A DNA stretch of 64,000 nt from Nitrosopumilus sp. (GCA_965238275.1 OZ250186.1:421982-485981), one strand, 5' to 3'; shown: positions 1 to 8,616, counted from the first letter of the stretch. Notes: generated by a model from the sequence alone, not told the origin. Numbers and translations are program-made.

Positions 1-763
1 AAAGGAGTACTCGGAAAGATCATGGGACGAGGTAAAAGCAGAGATCGACATGATGTCCAGATACATGCCGGAGACCAGAAGGGTATTTCTTGCAGACGGG
101 GACGCGCTGAACCTTGACACGGAATACATGATAAAGATTGTAAGGTACATCAAAGAAAAGTTCCGGCACATTGAGAGGATATCCTGCTATGCAATGCCGA
201 TGAACATTCTCAAAAAGACTCCCGACGAGCTGACAAGGATGAACGAGGCAGGCCTTGACATGTTCTATCTTGGAATCGAGAGCGGATCAGACGTGGTGCT
301 CAAAAAGGTGACAAAGGGCGCCATTGCAAAGACCATCATCAAGTCAGTCAACAAGGCAAAGGACGCAGGATACGTCATGTCGTGCATGATAATTCTCGGG
401 CTCGGCGGCAGGACGCACTCCAAGGAGCACATCAGGGGCACTGCAGAAGTAATCAACGCATGCTCGCCGCACTACGTGGGTGCCTTGACCCTGTATCTTG
501 AGAACGGGATAAAGCAGGAATTCCTTGAAAAGTTCAAAGAGCCGTTTGTCAAGATTAATGATGACGAGTCGCTTGAGGAGCTCCATGACCTGATCAGCCA
601 GATTAAGACGCAAGAGAGTGTCATATTCAGGGCAAACCACGGCTCCAATGCATATACAATCAAGGGCACCTTCCCGCAGGACAGGCAGGCGATGCTGGAC
701 AGGGTCGGGTGGATGATGCAGCACCCCGAGATTGTGCGCCCCCAGGGACTGCGCGGTTTCTAG
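1..763 (+). CDS. radical SAM-family protein, 5' end outside window
   Basis: Frame is open from base 2 with no stop. Motifs FLADGDALNL, GIESGSDVVLKK and IILGLGG are typical of the radical SAM barrel. The Cys triad would lie upstream of the window. Confidence 0.6.
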   Translation, partial: KEYSERSWDEVKAEIDMMSRYMPETRRVFLADGDALNLDTEYMIKIVRYIKEKFRHIERISCYAMPMNILKKTPDELTRMNEAGLDMFYLGIESGSDVVLKKVTKGAIAKTIIKSVNKAKDAGYVMSCMIILGLGGRTHSKEHIRGTAEVINACSPHYVGALTLYLENGIKQEFLEKFKEPFVKINDDESLEELHDLISQIKTQESVIFRANHGSNAYTIKGTFPQDRQAMLDRVGWMMQHPEIVRPQGLRGF

Positions 764-771
764 GAATTAAT

Positions 772-1071
772 CTAGAGGCGGTCTATGACCGGCGCCAGGT
801 TCTCAGGCAGGTCCGGCAGCTCCGTATGGCTTTCATTGTTTTGAAGAATCTCAGGACCAATGCGCCTTACCCGCTGTGTGCCAAGAAGGGTGTCGATGCT
901 CCTCTGAATGTCCTTCTCGGAGAGTACGGCCTTGAGCCTTTCAGTGACAGTCTCCTCGTCCTCATACTTTTTAATCGCATGCTGTACAAGGATTATCTTC
1001 TCCTCGTATGAGAAATCTGCCATGCCCCGGATGGCCTCCGGACTATTATAAATGGTTAAAATACATGACAC
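772..1071 (-). CDS. hypothetical small protein (likely start at MADFSYEEK, about 1023)
   Basis: 99-aa ORF fills the gap between neighbouring genes. No recognisable motif. Confidence 0.3.
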   Translation of the reverse strand: MSCILTIYNSPEAIRGMADFSYEEKIILVQHAIKKYEDEETVTERLKAVLSEKDIQRSIDTLLGTQRVRRIGPEILQNNESHTELPDLPENLAPVIDRL

Positions 1072-1086
1072 GCGTAACCATTCCAG

Positions 1087-1578
1087 ATGGCAGGCAAGCT
1101 GGAGATTGTTTCAAACGTACTGAGGATCAGGAGGTATGCCACAATAGCAGTAGTCAGCGGGCTGGGGCTGGGCGCGATATACTATCTTCTGACCATGTCC
1201 ATGCTGCCTGTGCACATTGGCATAGTATCTGAATTCATGCCGTTCTACCTTGCCTCATCCATCGCACTCACGGCCGCAGTGTCCGGTCTTGCGGGAATCA
1301 ACTTTGCCATGATGGCATTCAAGATCAGCAGGATGAGGATGATGAGGTCTGTAAAGTCAGACTCGTCTGCCGTGCTTGGAGGCGCGTTTGCAGCATTCAC
1401 CCCCGGGTGTCCTGCGTGTACTGCGCCCCTGGCAGTGATCCTGGGTGCAGTCGGAGGGCTGTCGCTGTTCCCCATGCAGGGCCTGGAACTAAAGTTCGTC
1501 TCAGTCGGGGTGCTGTGCTTTTCCATATGGTGGATTGCAAGGGGGCTTCAGACCCGCAGCTGCTGCAAGATAGGATGA
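1087..1578 (+). CDS. hypothetical multi-pass membrane protein with CPAC (CxxC) motif
   Basis: Four hydrophobic segments and FTPGCPACTAPLAV. No family recognised. Confidence 0.5.
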   Translation: MAGKLEIVSNVLRIRRYATIAVVSGLGLGAIYYLLTMSMLPVHIGIVSEFMPFYLASSIALTAAVSGLAGINFAMMAFKISRMRMMRSVKSDSSAVLGGAFAAFTPGCPACTAPLAVILGAVGGLSLFPMQGLELKFVSVGVLCFSIWWIARGLQTRSCCKIG

Positions 1579-1622
1579 CTCTTCACCGTCTGAGTTCCCG
1601 CGTATATGACACACGGCATCTC

Positions 1623-2138
1623 TCACTTGGGATTCCTCTCAAAGAAGAGCGCTGACTGCTTGAATCCCAGATTCTTGTAGAATCCGTGGGCGTCTGTCCT
1701 CTGGTTTCCGGATTCCAGCCTCATCCTGTGGCATTCCTTCTTCCCTGCAATATGCGCGCACTTGTCGACAAGCTTCTCCCCTATTCCCATCCCCCTATAC
1801 TCCGGGAGGACTACCATTTCCGGGATGTACATCTCGGGGGTCTTTTGGTTGAGCCGTGGCAGCAGAATCATGCTCATCATGCCTACAATCTTTACATCGT
1901 CAATCTCTGCCACAAGTACGTACTTGTCGGGGTCCATGATGTATCCCATGAGGCGTTTTCTGAACAGATCAACATCAGCATCCTCCTGCGGTTTTGGGCG
2001 TCCAAGATCGTAGAGCAGTCCGAGTATGACAGGGACATCAGCATCGGTGCCATCCCTGATGAGGCAATTCATAGGGTAAACAGGTCGTCTCAGGTATAAA
2101 GCCCATCCCCTTGGGCAATGCCGCCGCCGCCGCCGCAC
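1623..2138 (-). CDS. GNAT-family N-acetyltransferase (start ambiguous: GTG at 2138 or ATG at 2072)
   Basis: Acetyl-CoA motif region YRGMGIGEKLVDK and C-terminal HGFYKNLGFK. The N-terminal extension is encoded by a (GCC)n run and is doubtful. Confidence 0.8.
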   Translation of the reverse strand: MRRRRRHCPRGWALYLRRPVYPMNCLIRDGTDADVPVILGLLYDLGRPKPQEDADVDLFRKRLMGYIMDPDKYVLVAEIDDVKIVGMMSMILLPRLNQKTPEMYIPEMVVLPEYRGMGIGEKLVDKCAHIAGKKECHRMRLESGNQRTDAHGFYKNLGFKQSALFFERNPK

Positions 2139-2911
2139 TAGACCCTTGAAAAGAGGAGCTCAAGGCATTCCCCGAACCGCCCGTTCAATCTCTGAAGGCG
2201 GGTCTGGTCCATCTCAAGGGAGTCCCCGTCAAACCAAGGCGGTGCCAGATACATGCCCCGGTTCATCTCAATCTGAATCCACGGTACCGGGTTGTTGCCG
2301 TATGTCCTGGTTATGTGGCCCCCGTGGAACGGACTGTTAATGGAGACGTCCTTCCTGTCCACCTGGAACGACTCGGATATGCAGTCGGCCAGAAGATGTA
2401 TCATCTCCCCAGACGAGGTCCTGCCGTCCCAGTTTGATATGCAGAATTGCGGCCTGCCGCTCTTGTTCCCGTCCGGGGAGACATCAGGCGCATGCGAGGC
2501 CATGGAGTGGCAGTCAAGGCACACCTGCACGTCCAGCTCCCGGAGGCTCCTTTGAATCTCCCTATGGTACGGCATGTAGTACCTTTGAACCAGAAGGGAC
2601 CTGAGGGACTCGTCAGGCTCGGCGCCGGTGCGGTATATGGGCCTCTGATGGCACGTGGCGCTTTTTATCAGGCCGTCAGGATTCTGCGGGGGCATGGCAT
2701 GCAGGGAGCGGTTCAGATCAACAAATGTCCGCGCAACGTCAGCCTTTACCACGTGCTGCACCATCTCCCCCAGATCGTAAATCTCAGCCACAAACGGGTC
2801 AGAGTCATCAAAGAGATCCTTCCCAGTTATGGACAGGCGGCCCTGCAGCTCCTGCGGTGTCGCTGTTCCGCCGTGGGGTATTGACAGGAGCGCCGGCAGT
2901 GCCGTCGTCAT
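2138..2911 (-). CDS. N-formylglutamate amidohydrolase (FGase)-family protein
   Basis: SIPHGGT, FVDLNRS and LDCHSM motifs. ATGA start/stop overlap with the upstream GGT gene at 2908-2911. Confidence 0.7.
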   Translation of the reverse strand: MTTALPALLSIPHGGTATPQELQGRLSITGKDLFDDSDPFVAEIYDLGEMVQHVVKADVARTFVDLNRSLHAMPPQNPDGLIKSATCHQRPIYRTGAEPDESLRSLLVQRYYMPYHREIQRSLRELDVQVCLDCHSMASHAPDVSPDGNKSGRPQFCISNWDGRTSSGEMIHLLADCISESFQVDRKDVSINSPFHGGHITRTYGNNPVPWIQIEMNRGMYLAPPWFDGDSLEMDQTRLQRLNGRFGECLELLFSRV

Positions 2912-4539
2912 TCCGGCCCCTCTGCTGTTCCGTCGCGCCTGACCTCGGCGATCCCCTGGAATCCCCCCTCCCCGGTGTTCCTCTTCAGGACTGCGTGTAT
3001 CGCGCCCATAAAGAACGAGTACCTGTCCCGCACGTCTATCTTGTAGCCTGTCTTCTTCAGCTGTTTTATGATATCAGGGGCATGCTCGTCTTTCTCTATG
3101 CTGACCTTCCCGTCAAGGGAGCAGTGAATCCTGGGCTTTGACATGGCCACGTCAATCGGGTCTCCACCGTCAATCACGCGCGATATGAAATGGCTCACGA
3201 CTGAAAAGATTCTCGAGGAACCCGGACTCCCCAGGACCATCCACGGCTCGTGGTTGTAAAAGATGATTGCAGGGGATACGGACGTCCAGGGGATTGAGTT
3301 GGGCCTGAGATAGAACGGGTGGTTCGGGTTCTCAAACTCAAAGGCGGACATGTAGTTGTTGTACAGGAATCCGAGTCCGTCGGCTGCGGCCTTTGAGCCG
3401 TACACCAGCTCGATGGACTGGGTGATGCCCACGGCGTTTCCCTCCCCGTCCATCACCGAAAGATGCGTCGTATCCTCGATGTCAGGCAACTCCCTCAGCG
3501 GCAGGTCAGGATCAATGGAGTCCCGGATTGATTTTGAAAGGGATCTTGCAAACTTTCTGCTCAGGTGGGTCCTCTGGTCTATCTGGTGGTATGTCACGGG
3601 GTTGAACTTTCTCTGCGTCCTGTACAGCAGCGCCTTTCGGAACGTCTCGGCTACAAAGTGGTACGACTGCGGATCCCTTCCTCTAAGAAAGGACCTTTTC
3701 AGGTTTGCAAGCATCATCAGCACCAGCAGCATCGTATCGCCTGCAGAGGGGGGCGGCATGGTCGAGATCCGGATTCCGCGGTATCTTCTGCTGAGCGGCT
3801 TGCGCTCGACGGGTTCGGGTATCAGCGCAAGATCCTCCAGGTGCAGAAACCCGCGGTTGATCCTCATGTCCTTGTCAATCAGCCTGGCCACCATTCCGTG
3901 GTAGAACGAGCGGTAGCCGTTCTGTGATATGTACTTGAGGGTCTCTGCAAGATCCTCCTGGACGAACAGATCCCCGACGCCGTATGGCTCCATGCCGTCC
4001 TTGAGAAAGTACCTTGCGCCGGACCTGGATCCCACCCTGAAGAACTTTGCAAGGTTATTTGCCTGCAGCTTGTGCTGGAGTGGGGTTATCCTGTATCCGT
4101 TCCTTGCAATGCGGATCGCCGGCTCTGCCACGTCTGCCCAGTCCAGCCGTCCGTACGCCTCGCTGAGGTATCCCAGTGTCGCAACCGTACTGGGAACAGT
4201 CGTTGCCCTGTATCCGATGAACCTGTGGGAGTGCTTTTCATAGAACGTTCTGTGCGCAAGGGACGGGGCCCTGCTTGAGCCGTCGACTGCTACGGTCTTG
4301 CCGTCAATGTTCATGATGGCAAGGGACTGGCCACCTATTCCGGACGACTGGGGCTCGCAGACTCCCAGCGCAAGGGCCGTGGCACACGCAGCATCGACTG
4401 CGTTTCCGCCCTTTTCAAGCATGCTCACCCCCGCCCGGGTGGCCTCAGGAAATGCAGAGGAGACCATCCCTCCCCGGGCAACAGAGCATTTCTTGTCAGG
4501 GGACGGCCGGAACGAGTCCTCTATCCCTTCAATGTCCAT
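2908..4539 (-). CDS. ggt: gamma-glutamyltranspeptidase
   Basis: 543 aa. Autoprocessing/nucleophile region DTTHLSVMDGEGNAVGITQSIE and GSPGSSRI near the C-terminus. Confidence 0.9.
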   Translation of the reverse strand: MDIEGIEDSFRPSPDKKCSVARGGMVSSAFPEATRAGVSMLEKGGNAVDAACATALALGVCEPQSSGIGGQSLAIMNIDGKTVAVDGSSRAPSLAHRTFYEKHSHRFIGYRATTVPSTVATLGYLSEAYGRLDWADVAEPAIRIARNGYRITPLQHKLQANNLAKFFRVGSRSGARYFLKDGMEPYGVGDLFVQEDLAETLKYISQNGYRSFYHGMVARLIDKDMRINRGFLHLEDLALIPEPVERKPLSRRYRGIRISTMPPPSAGDTMLLVLMMLANLKRSFLRGRDPQSYHFVAETFRKALLYRTQRKFNPVTYHQIDQRTHLSRKFARSLSKSIRDSIDPDLPLRELPDIEDTTHLSVMDGEGNAVGITQSIELVYGSKAAADGLGFLYNNYMSAFEFENPNHPFYLRPNSIPWTSVSPAIIFYNHEPWMVLGSPGSSRIFSVVSHFISRVIDGGDPIDVAMSKPRIHCSLDGKVSIEKDEHAPDIIKQLKKTGYKIDVRDRYSFFMGAIHAVLKRNTGEGGFQGIAEVRRDGTAEGPE

Positions 4540-6185
4540 CTAGATCCTTCCCGCAGTGGGGGCATTTGCTCCCGCCGCCGCCGCCGCCGCCCTGCCTCTT
4601 CCTTCTCAGCTCCTCGGTAAACGCAGACGCCATGATGCCTGCCGGAATTGCATACACTGCAATCCCAAGTATGGCAACCCCGCTGGCAACTATCTTGCCC
4701 AGGACGGTAACAGGATAGGTGTCGCCGTACCCTATTGTATAGCGGCGAGCGAAAGTTCGTGCAAACAGATCTCTCTGTAGCATGTCCTGATGCCCTTTCC
4801 GGCGCTCTGTCAGATCTTCCAACATCATCCTCCTTGTTGCCGGGTCCAAGCCGGCTTGTCGAATCGTTCATTCCAGAACCATCCGATCCGTGATCCTCGC
4901 GCCTTGTGACGACCTCGACACCTGCAATGGTGCCTCCACGATTCCCGTGGGCTTGGCCGCCAGTCTCCCCCGTATGGAGACAGTCATTATCCAAAATGTT
5001 TTTTGCCGCGTTCTTGTCGGCATGGTGGTACCACCCGCAGGACACGCAGACAAAGGATTCGCCGTTTCTGGACTTCTTGTCCACTATTTGGCAGGCAGCG
5101 CATTTCTGGCTCGTGTACGTGTATTTCACGCGTTTTGCAACGCCGCCTTTCTTTTTCATCTGCCATTCAAGCTGACATCGAAACTCCCCCATCCTGGAGT
5201 ATGCCATCTCGCGGTTCAGCCCCGTCTTTGAAGCCGCCCCGTTGGATCGCCTCATCTTGGTCAAATCCAGGTCTTCCAAGAACAATGTAGACAGCCCTTT
5301 TGTTATCCGCCTGGCAATGTCGATCTCGTTGTGTTTTTGCCTGTTTGATATATTTTTCAATTCATGCGCTATCTTGCGGCCGATCTCTTTCCATCTTCTG
5401 GAGCCTGTCTGGCATCTTGATCTAAGTGATTTCAGCTGATCAATCCTGTCGCCGTCATGCCTCTTGCAGTCTCCCGGGACATTGTACAATTTTTCATTCC
5501 CATGCTCGTCTGCGACTGCCGCAAGGTGCCTGACTCCAAGATCCAATCCGGCCTTGCAGCTGTCGCCGTCGCCGTCTGTCACGGGTTCGGGATCCGGAAC
5601 CTCGATTTGCAGGCACAGTCTGAATTCGCAGTCAGAATCTTTCGTCCTGCGCGTGACTTTTTTCGTAACATCAATCATCTGGAATGACACGAGCCTGCCT
5701 TCCGGGATCTTTACGCGCGGCCTTACTTCCCCGAGTCCGGGCAGAAATACGGTGCCGTCGTCCCGCAGTTTTGGCTTTCCGCGTGAATTCAGCGAGCGCA
5801 GCCTGGTTGTTTTCCTGCCGCGCCTCATCAGGCCAGACGGCTCGGTCCACCTGTTGTGCCTGTACGTCTTCTTTTTCCCCAGCTTGATCTGTTTCTTGCA
5901 CCAGATGCGCTTGTTGTGCTTGAGCCGGTTTGCCTTGCGGAATTTGACTGCCGCCTGGAAAGCCTGTTTTGAGGCGGCCTCATGCATGCGGACGCTGTTG
6001 GTCAGGCCGAATTCCCTGCGCCATCCTGTTATCAGGTTGTTGACATCAAACTGCGTGATTCTGGGATGTGTGAGTTTCATCATGATCGTCATGTCGTAAA
6101 TGATGTCTGTTTCCCGAGAGCATTTCACGATCTTGCGCGACAGTTCCCGAGATTGTGTTATCTTGATGATTTTGCTGACAATCAT
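4521..6185 (-). CDS. tnpB: TnpB (IS200/IS605-superfamily RuvC-like RNA-guided nuclease); conserved core ends near 4983, remainder is read-through
   Basis: RuvC motifs GLDLGVRH, TLFLEDLDL and HADKNAAKNI. Zinc ribbon CAACQ...CVSCG. The ORF has no stop inside the element and runs through the end repeat into host DNA. Confidence 0.85.
   Translation of the reverse strand: MIVSKIIKITQSRELSRKIVKCSRETDIIYDMTIMMKLTHPRITQFDVNNLITGWRREFGLTNSVRMHEAASKQAFQAAVKFRKANRLKHNKRIWCKKQIKLGKKKTYRHNRWTEPSGLMRRGRKTTRLRSLNSRGKPKLRDDGTVFLPGLGEVRPRVKIPEGRLVSFQMIDVTKKVTRRTKDSDCEFRLCLQIEVPDPEPVTDGDGDSCKAGLDLGVRHLAAVADEHGNEKLYNVPGDCKRHDGDRIDQLKSLRSRCQTGSRRWKEIGRKIAHELKNISNRQKHNEIDIARRITKGLSTLFLEDLDLTKMRRSNGAASKTGLNREMAYSRMGEFRCQLEWQMKKKGGVAKRVKYTYTSQKCAACQIVDKKSRNGESFVCVSCGWYHHADKNAAKNILDNDCLHTGETGGQAHGNRGGTIAGVEVVTRREDHGSDGSGMNDSTSRLGPGNKEDDVGRSDRAPERASGHATERSVCTNFRSPLYNRVRRHLSCYRPGQDSCQRGCHTWDCSVCNSGRHHGVCVYRGAEKEEAGRRRRRREQMPPLREGSRWTLKG
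4529..4739 (-). pseudogene. minimal 2-TM K+ channel, C-terminal fragment (filter TIGYGD, TM2, poly-Gly, CPHC tail)
   Basis: Reverse translation from 4738 gives TIGYGDTYPVTVLGKIVASGVAILGIAVYAIPAGIMASAF, then GGGGGGGSKCPHCGKDLDGH. Joins in frame to fragment 6256-6430 when the insert is removed. Confidence 0.85.
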
Positions 6186-6255
6186 GCCTGTAATTGTAAT
6201 TTCATTTTCTTAAAAAGATACCCAAAAAAATTGCACGAACTTTCGCTTTTCACTA
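4740..6255 (-). mobile_element. TnpB-only insertion element, 1516 bp, 25-bp imperfect terminal inverted repeats, TA at both junctions
   Basis: Left end is TAGCGGCGAGCGAAAGTTCGTGCAA (4740-4764). Reverse complement of the right end is TAGTGAAAAGCGAAAGTTCGTGCAA (6231-6255). TA lies at 4738-4739 and 6256-6257. Removing the element plus one TA restores the host reading frame. Confidence 0.85.
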
Positions 6256-6430
6256 TAGTCAGCGTGACTATCCCCCACCACATCGATGCCGGAATGCTGG
6301 AGAAGACCTCCGGCTGCGCTGCGTTCTCTGCATAGTACATCAGGCTGGAGGCAAAGATCACGCTGAATAACCCCGAAAGGCCGACAAGGGCTGCAGGGGC
6401 TGCTGCTGCCAGTTCAGGTTCAAGGGCCAT
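6256..6430 (-). pseudogene. minimal 2-TM K+ channel, N-terminal fragment (TM1 and pore helix)
   Basis: MALEPELAAAAPAALVGLSGLFSVIFASSLMYYAENAAQPEVFSSIPASMWWGIVTLT. The ATG at 6428-6430 overlaps the upstream stop as TAATG. Confidence 0.85.
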
Positions 6431-8616
6431 TACGCAGCACACCTGTAGATTACGGAGGCGAGCAGCGAGGCCCTCTCGACGATGCTGTCATGGACTATGT
6501 ATTCCTGGGGGGTGCGGTACATGTGGCCTATTGGGCCAAAGCCGTCAAGGGACGGAAGCTCGGCGGGAACGTTGCTGATGTCTGATGACATTATCTGCTC
6601 GTGCCGCTTGATCTTGATCTCGTGCTTGCCGGCAAGGTCCTCGACCATTTCATAGAATGCCGTATCCGATGCCTCCTCGATTACCGGCGGCCTGCTCTGA
6701 ATCTTCTGGATGGTGACGTCGAGTCTTTGTGTGCCGGCCTCATGCTTCTTCATGATGTCCCGTATCCTGGCGTCAAGAAGCGTTCCCAGCTGAAGCGTCT
6801 TGTAGCTGCATATGAGTGAGAGGGTGGCATAGTTTGGGGTGTGGCCGTGCGTTCCCTGGGCCACAACAGAGGTGGTCCTTACCCTGTAGTCCTTTTCGTC
6901 CTTTGATATCTTTTCTATTGCAGATATCTTCTTTGCCAGTGAAGGAATTATTCCATGGATGTCTGATGACGTGTTGGATGCCGTGAAACGAATCTGGTAG
7001 TCGCCCCTCCCGTAGCATGTCGTGATTATTCCCCCTTCCTTGCTGGCAGACTTGAGACCCACGATATACTTTGATGTCTTGGAGTAGTGCCTTACCAGGT
7101 TCTTGCTGAACTTTCCCCCCAGGCTGTCATCGGTGGTGAGAAGTATGGCGCACCTTATCTTGCGCAGTCTTTTTGCAAAGCGGAGCGCATGCAGGGCACC
7201 CAGCATTACTGCCAGCCCGCCCTTGCTCTCGGCTATTCCGGAACCAAGTATCTTGTAGTCGTCCTCGTAGTAGTTTACCAGTTCGCTTGGGCCGTAGTGG
7301 GTGTCGGTATGGGATACTATCAGGATGTCGTTTTTGGGTTCGTTGTGGTTTTTGAAATAGCGAAAGTCCCCCACATCAAACTGCCTGTGGACGTGCTCCC
7401 TGAATCCCAAGTGCTTTAGCCTGCGGGACATGATCTCCCCGAGCTTGTTTACGTTGTCTATGTTGTATACGTGGGTGTTGAGGTTTACAAGATCCCTCAG
7501 TGTCTCCTTTATGCTGTGCAGGTGCCCCCTCAGGTACGTCCTTGCAACCACGCGCAGGGGCTGGGTCATGTCCGGCTCGCCTTCCATGTGGTGGGATGCG
7601 CCAAAGTAGCGCATCACGGCAACGTCAAGAATCTTGTTGATTAGCGAATCATACGTGTATCCGGTGGTCTTTGCAGCATGGTACAGCGAGCCGCCCATCC
7701 CCAGGCTGGCCATCGAGTTCAGCTCAAGGATGTAGAGGTTCTCGTCCTGATCCATTCGAAGATCCACCCTGCTGTAGTCGTTGAGCCCCAGGCATCGAAA
7801 CGCCTGCATGCACAGCTGCTTCATCTCCTGGGTCTTCTCGTCTGAGAGTTGCGCCGGACATGTCTTGTCTGTTCCGCCCTTCTTCATCTTGTCAGATATG
7901 GTCTGTATCTGGTTTGGATTGTCCAGGCTTATCTCGACTATCGGGAGTACGTCTATGTTGGGATTGTTCCCAATTACCCCCACTGCAAACTCCCGGCCCG
8001 GGATGAACTGCTCCACCAGGATCTCCTGCTGGAACTTTTCAATCTGCTTCTGTACTGCCTTTCTGAGGGAGTCCCAGTTGTCCACCACCTCCATCCCCAT
8101 GGAGGTGGATTCCAGCTTTGGCTTTACGATTACGGGAAATTCCAGATCATCAAAGGTATCCTCAGAGGTCTTGAACTCCCAGAATCCCGGGGTGGGGATG
8201 CCGTTTCTCTGCAGGATTATCTTGGTCATGACCTTGTCCTGGACGATTGCGTGTCCTGCAGGCCCCGAGCCTATGTATGGAATGCCAAGCATCTCCATCA
8301 TTGCCGGGACATGGGTGTACCTGTTCTGTCCCTGAATTCCGTATGCCATGTTAAAGACCATCCCCGGGGAGTCCCCTGCAACCACCTTGGGCATGAACTC
8401 GCGCAGCTCGTCTGCCATGTGGATGTCCCCCTCGATCACCTTGACTGTGTGTCCGCCCTTTTCCAGTGCCCGTGCGACACGCTCGACTGCCTTGGCGCTG
8501 TAGTGCTCCTTGGTGACTGTGCCAAAGACGTTGATGACATCATTTGGGTTTATCTCTTTTTCATTATAGATTAGCGCGACCTTCAATTGAGCTCTCTTCT
8601 CAAGCATTGTTTGCAT
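6430..8616 (-). CDS. fusion protein: D-Ala-D-Ala-ligase-like ATP-grasp domain plus M20-peptidase-like domain
   Basis: N-terminal half has the ATP-grasp pattern (VIVKPKLESTSMGMEV, EQFIPGREFAVGV, YILELNSMASLG). C-terminal half is M20-like (LIVSHTDTHYGP, GIAESKGGLAVMLGAL, DGFGPIGHMYRTPQEY). Confidence 0.7.
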   Translation of the reverse strand: MQTMLEKRAQLKVALIYNEKEINPNDVINVFGTVTKEHYSAKAVERVARALEKGGHTVKVIEGDIHMADELREFMPKVVAGDSPGMVFNMAYGIQGQNRYTHVPAMMEMLGIPYIGSGPAGHAIVQDKVMTKIILQRNGIPTPGFWEFKTSEDTFDDLEFPVIVKPKLESTSMGMEVVDNWDSLRKAVQKQIEKFQQEILVEQFIPGREFAVGVIGNNPNIDVLPIVEISLDNPNQIQTISDKMKKGGTDKTCPAQLSDEKTQEMKQLCMQAFRCLGLNDYSRVDLRMDQDENLYILELNSMASLGMGGSLYHAAKTTGYTYDSLINKILDVAVMRYFGASHHMEGEPDMTQPLRVVARTYLRGHLHSIKETLRDLVNLNTHVYNIDNVNKLGEIMSRRLKHLGFREHVHRQFDVGDFRYFKNHNEPKNDILIVSHTDTHYGPSELVNYYEDDYKILGSGIAESKGGLAVMLGALHALRFAKRLRKIRCAILLTTDDSLGGKFSKNLVRHYSKTSKYIVGLKSASKEGGIITTCYGRGDYQIRFTASNTSSDIHGIIPSLAKKISAIEKISKDEKDYRVRTTSVVAQGTHGHTPNYATLSLICSYKTLQLGTLLDARIRDIMKKHEAGTQRLDVTIQKIQSRPPVIEEASDTAFYEMVEDLAGKHEIKIKRHEQIMSSDISNVPAELPSLDGFGPIGHMYRTPQEYIVHDSIVERASLLASVIYRCAA

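Noticed and set aside
4521-4739. C-terminal tail of the TnpB ORF outside the element as genuine coding sequence
   Set aside because: It lies beyond the terminal repeat and is out of frame with the K+ channel codons it overlaps. It is Arg/Gly-rich because it reads a (GCC)n run. It is most simply an absence of stops in GC-rich DNA.
7849-8574. Long ORFs antisense to or overlapping confident genes. Examples: 7849-8574, 7781-8335, 19690-20538, 33408-34334, 36272-37282, 55886-56635, 62136-63050, 31305-31916, 51508-52404.
   Set aside because: These are shadow ORFs in GC-rich coding DNA. Their translations are low-complexity (Arg/Pro/Ser/Gly rich) with no motifs, and the opposite strand carries strongly supported genes.
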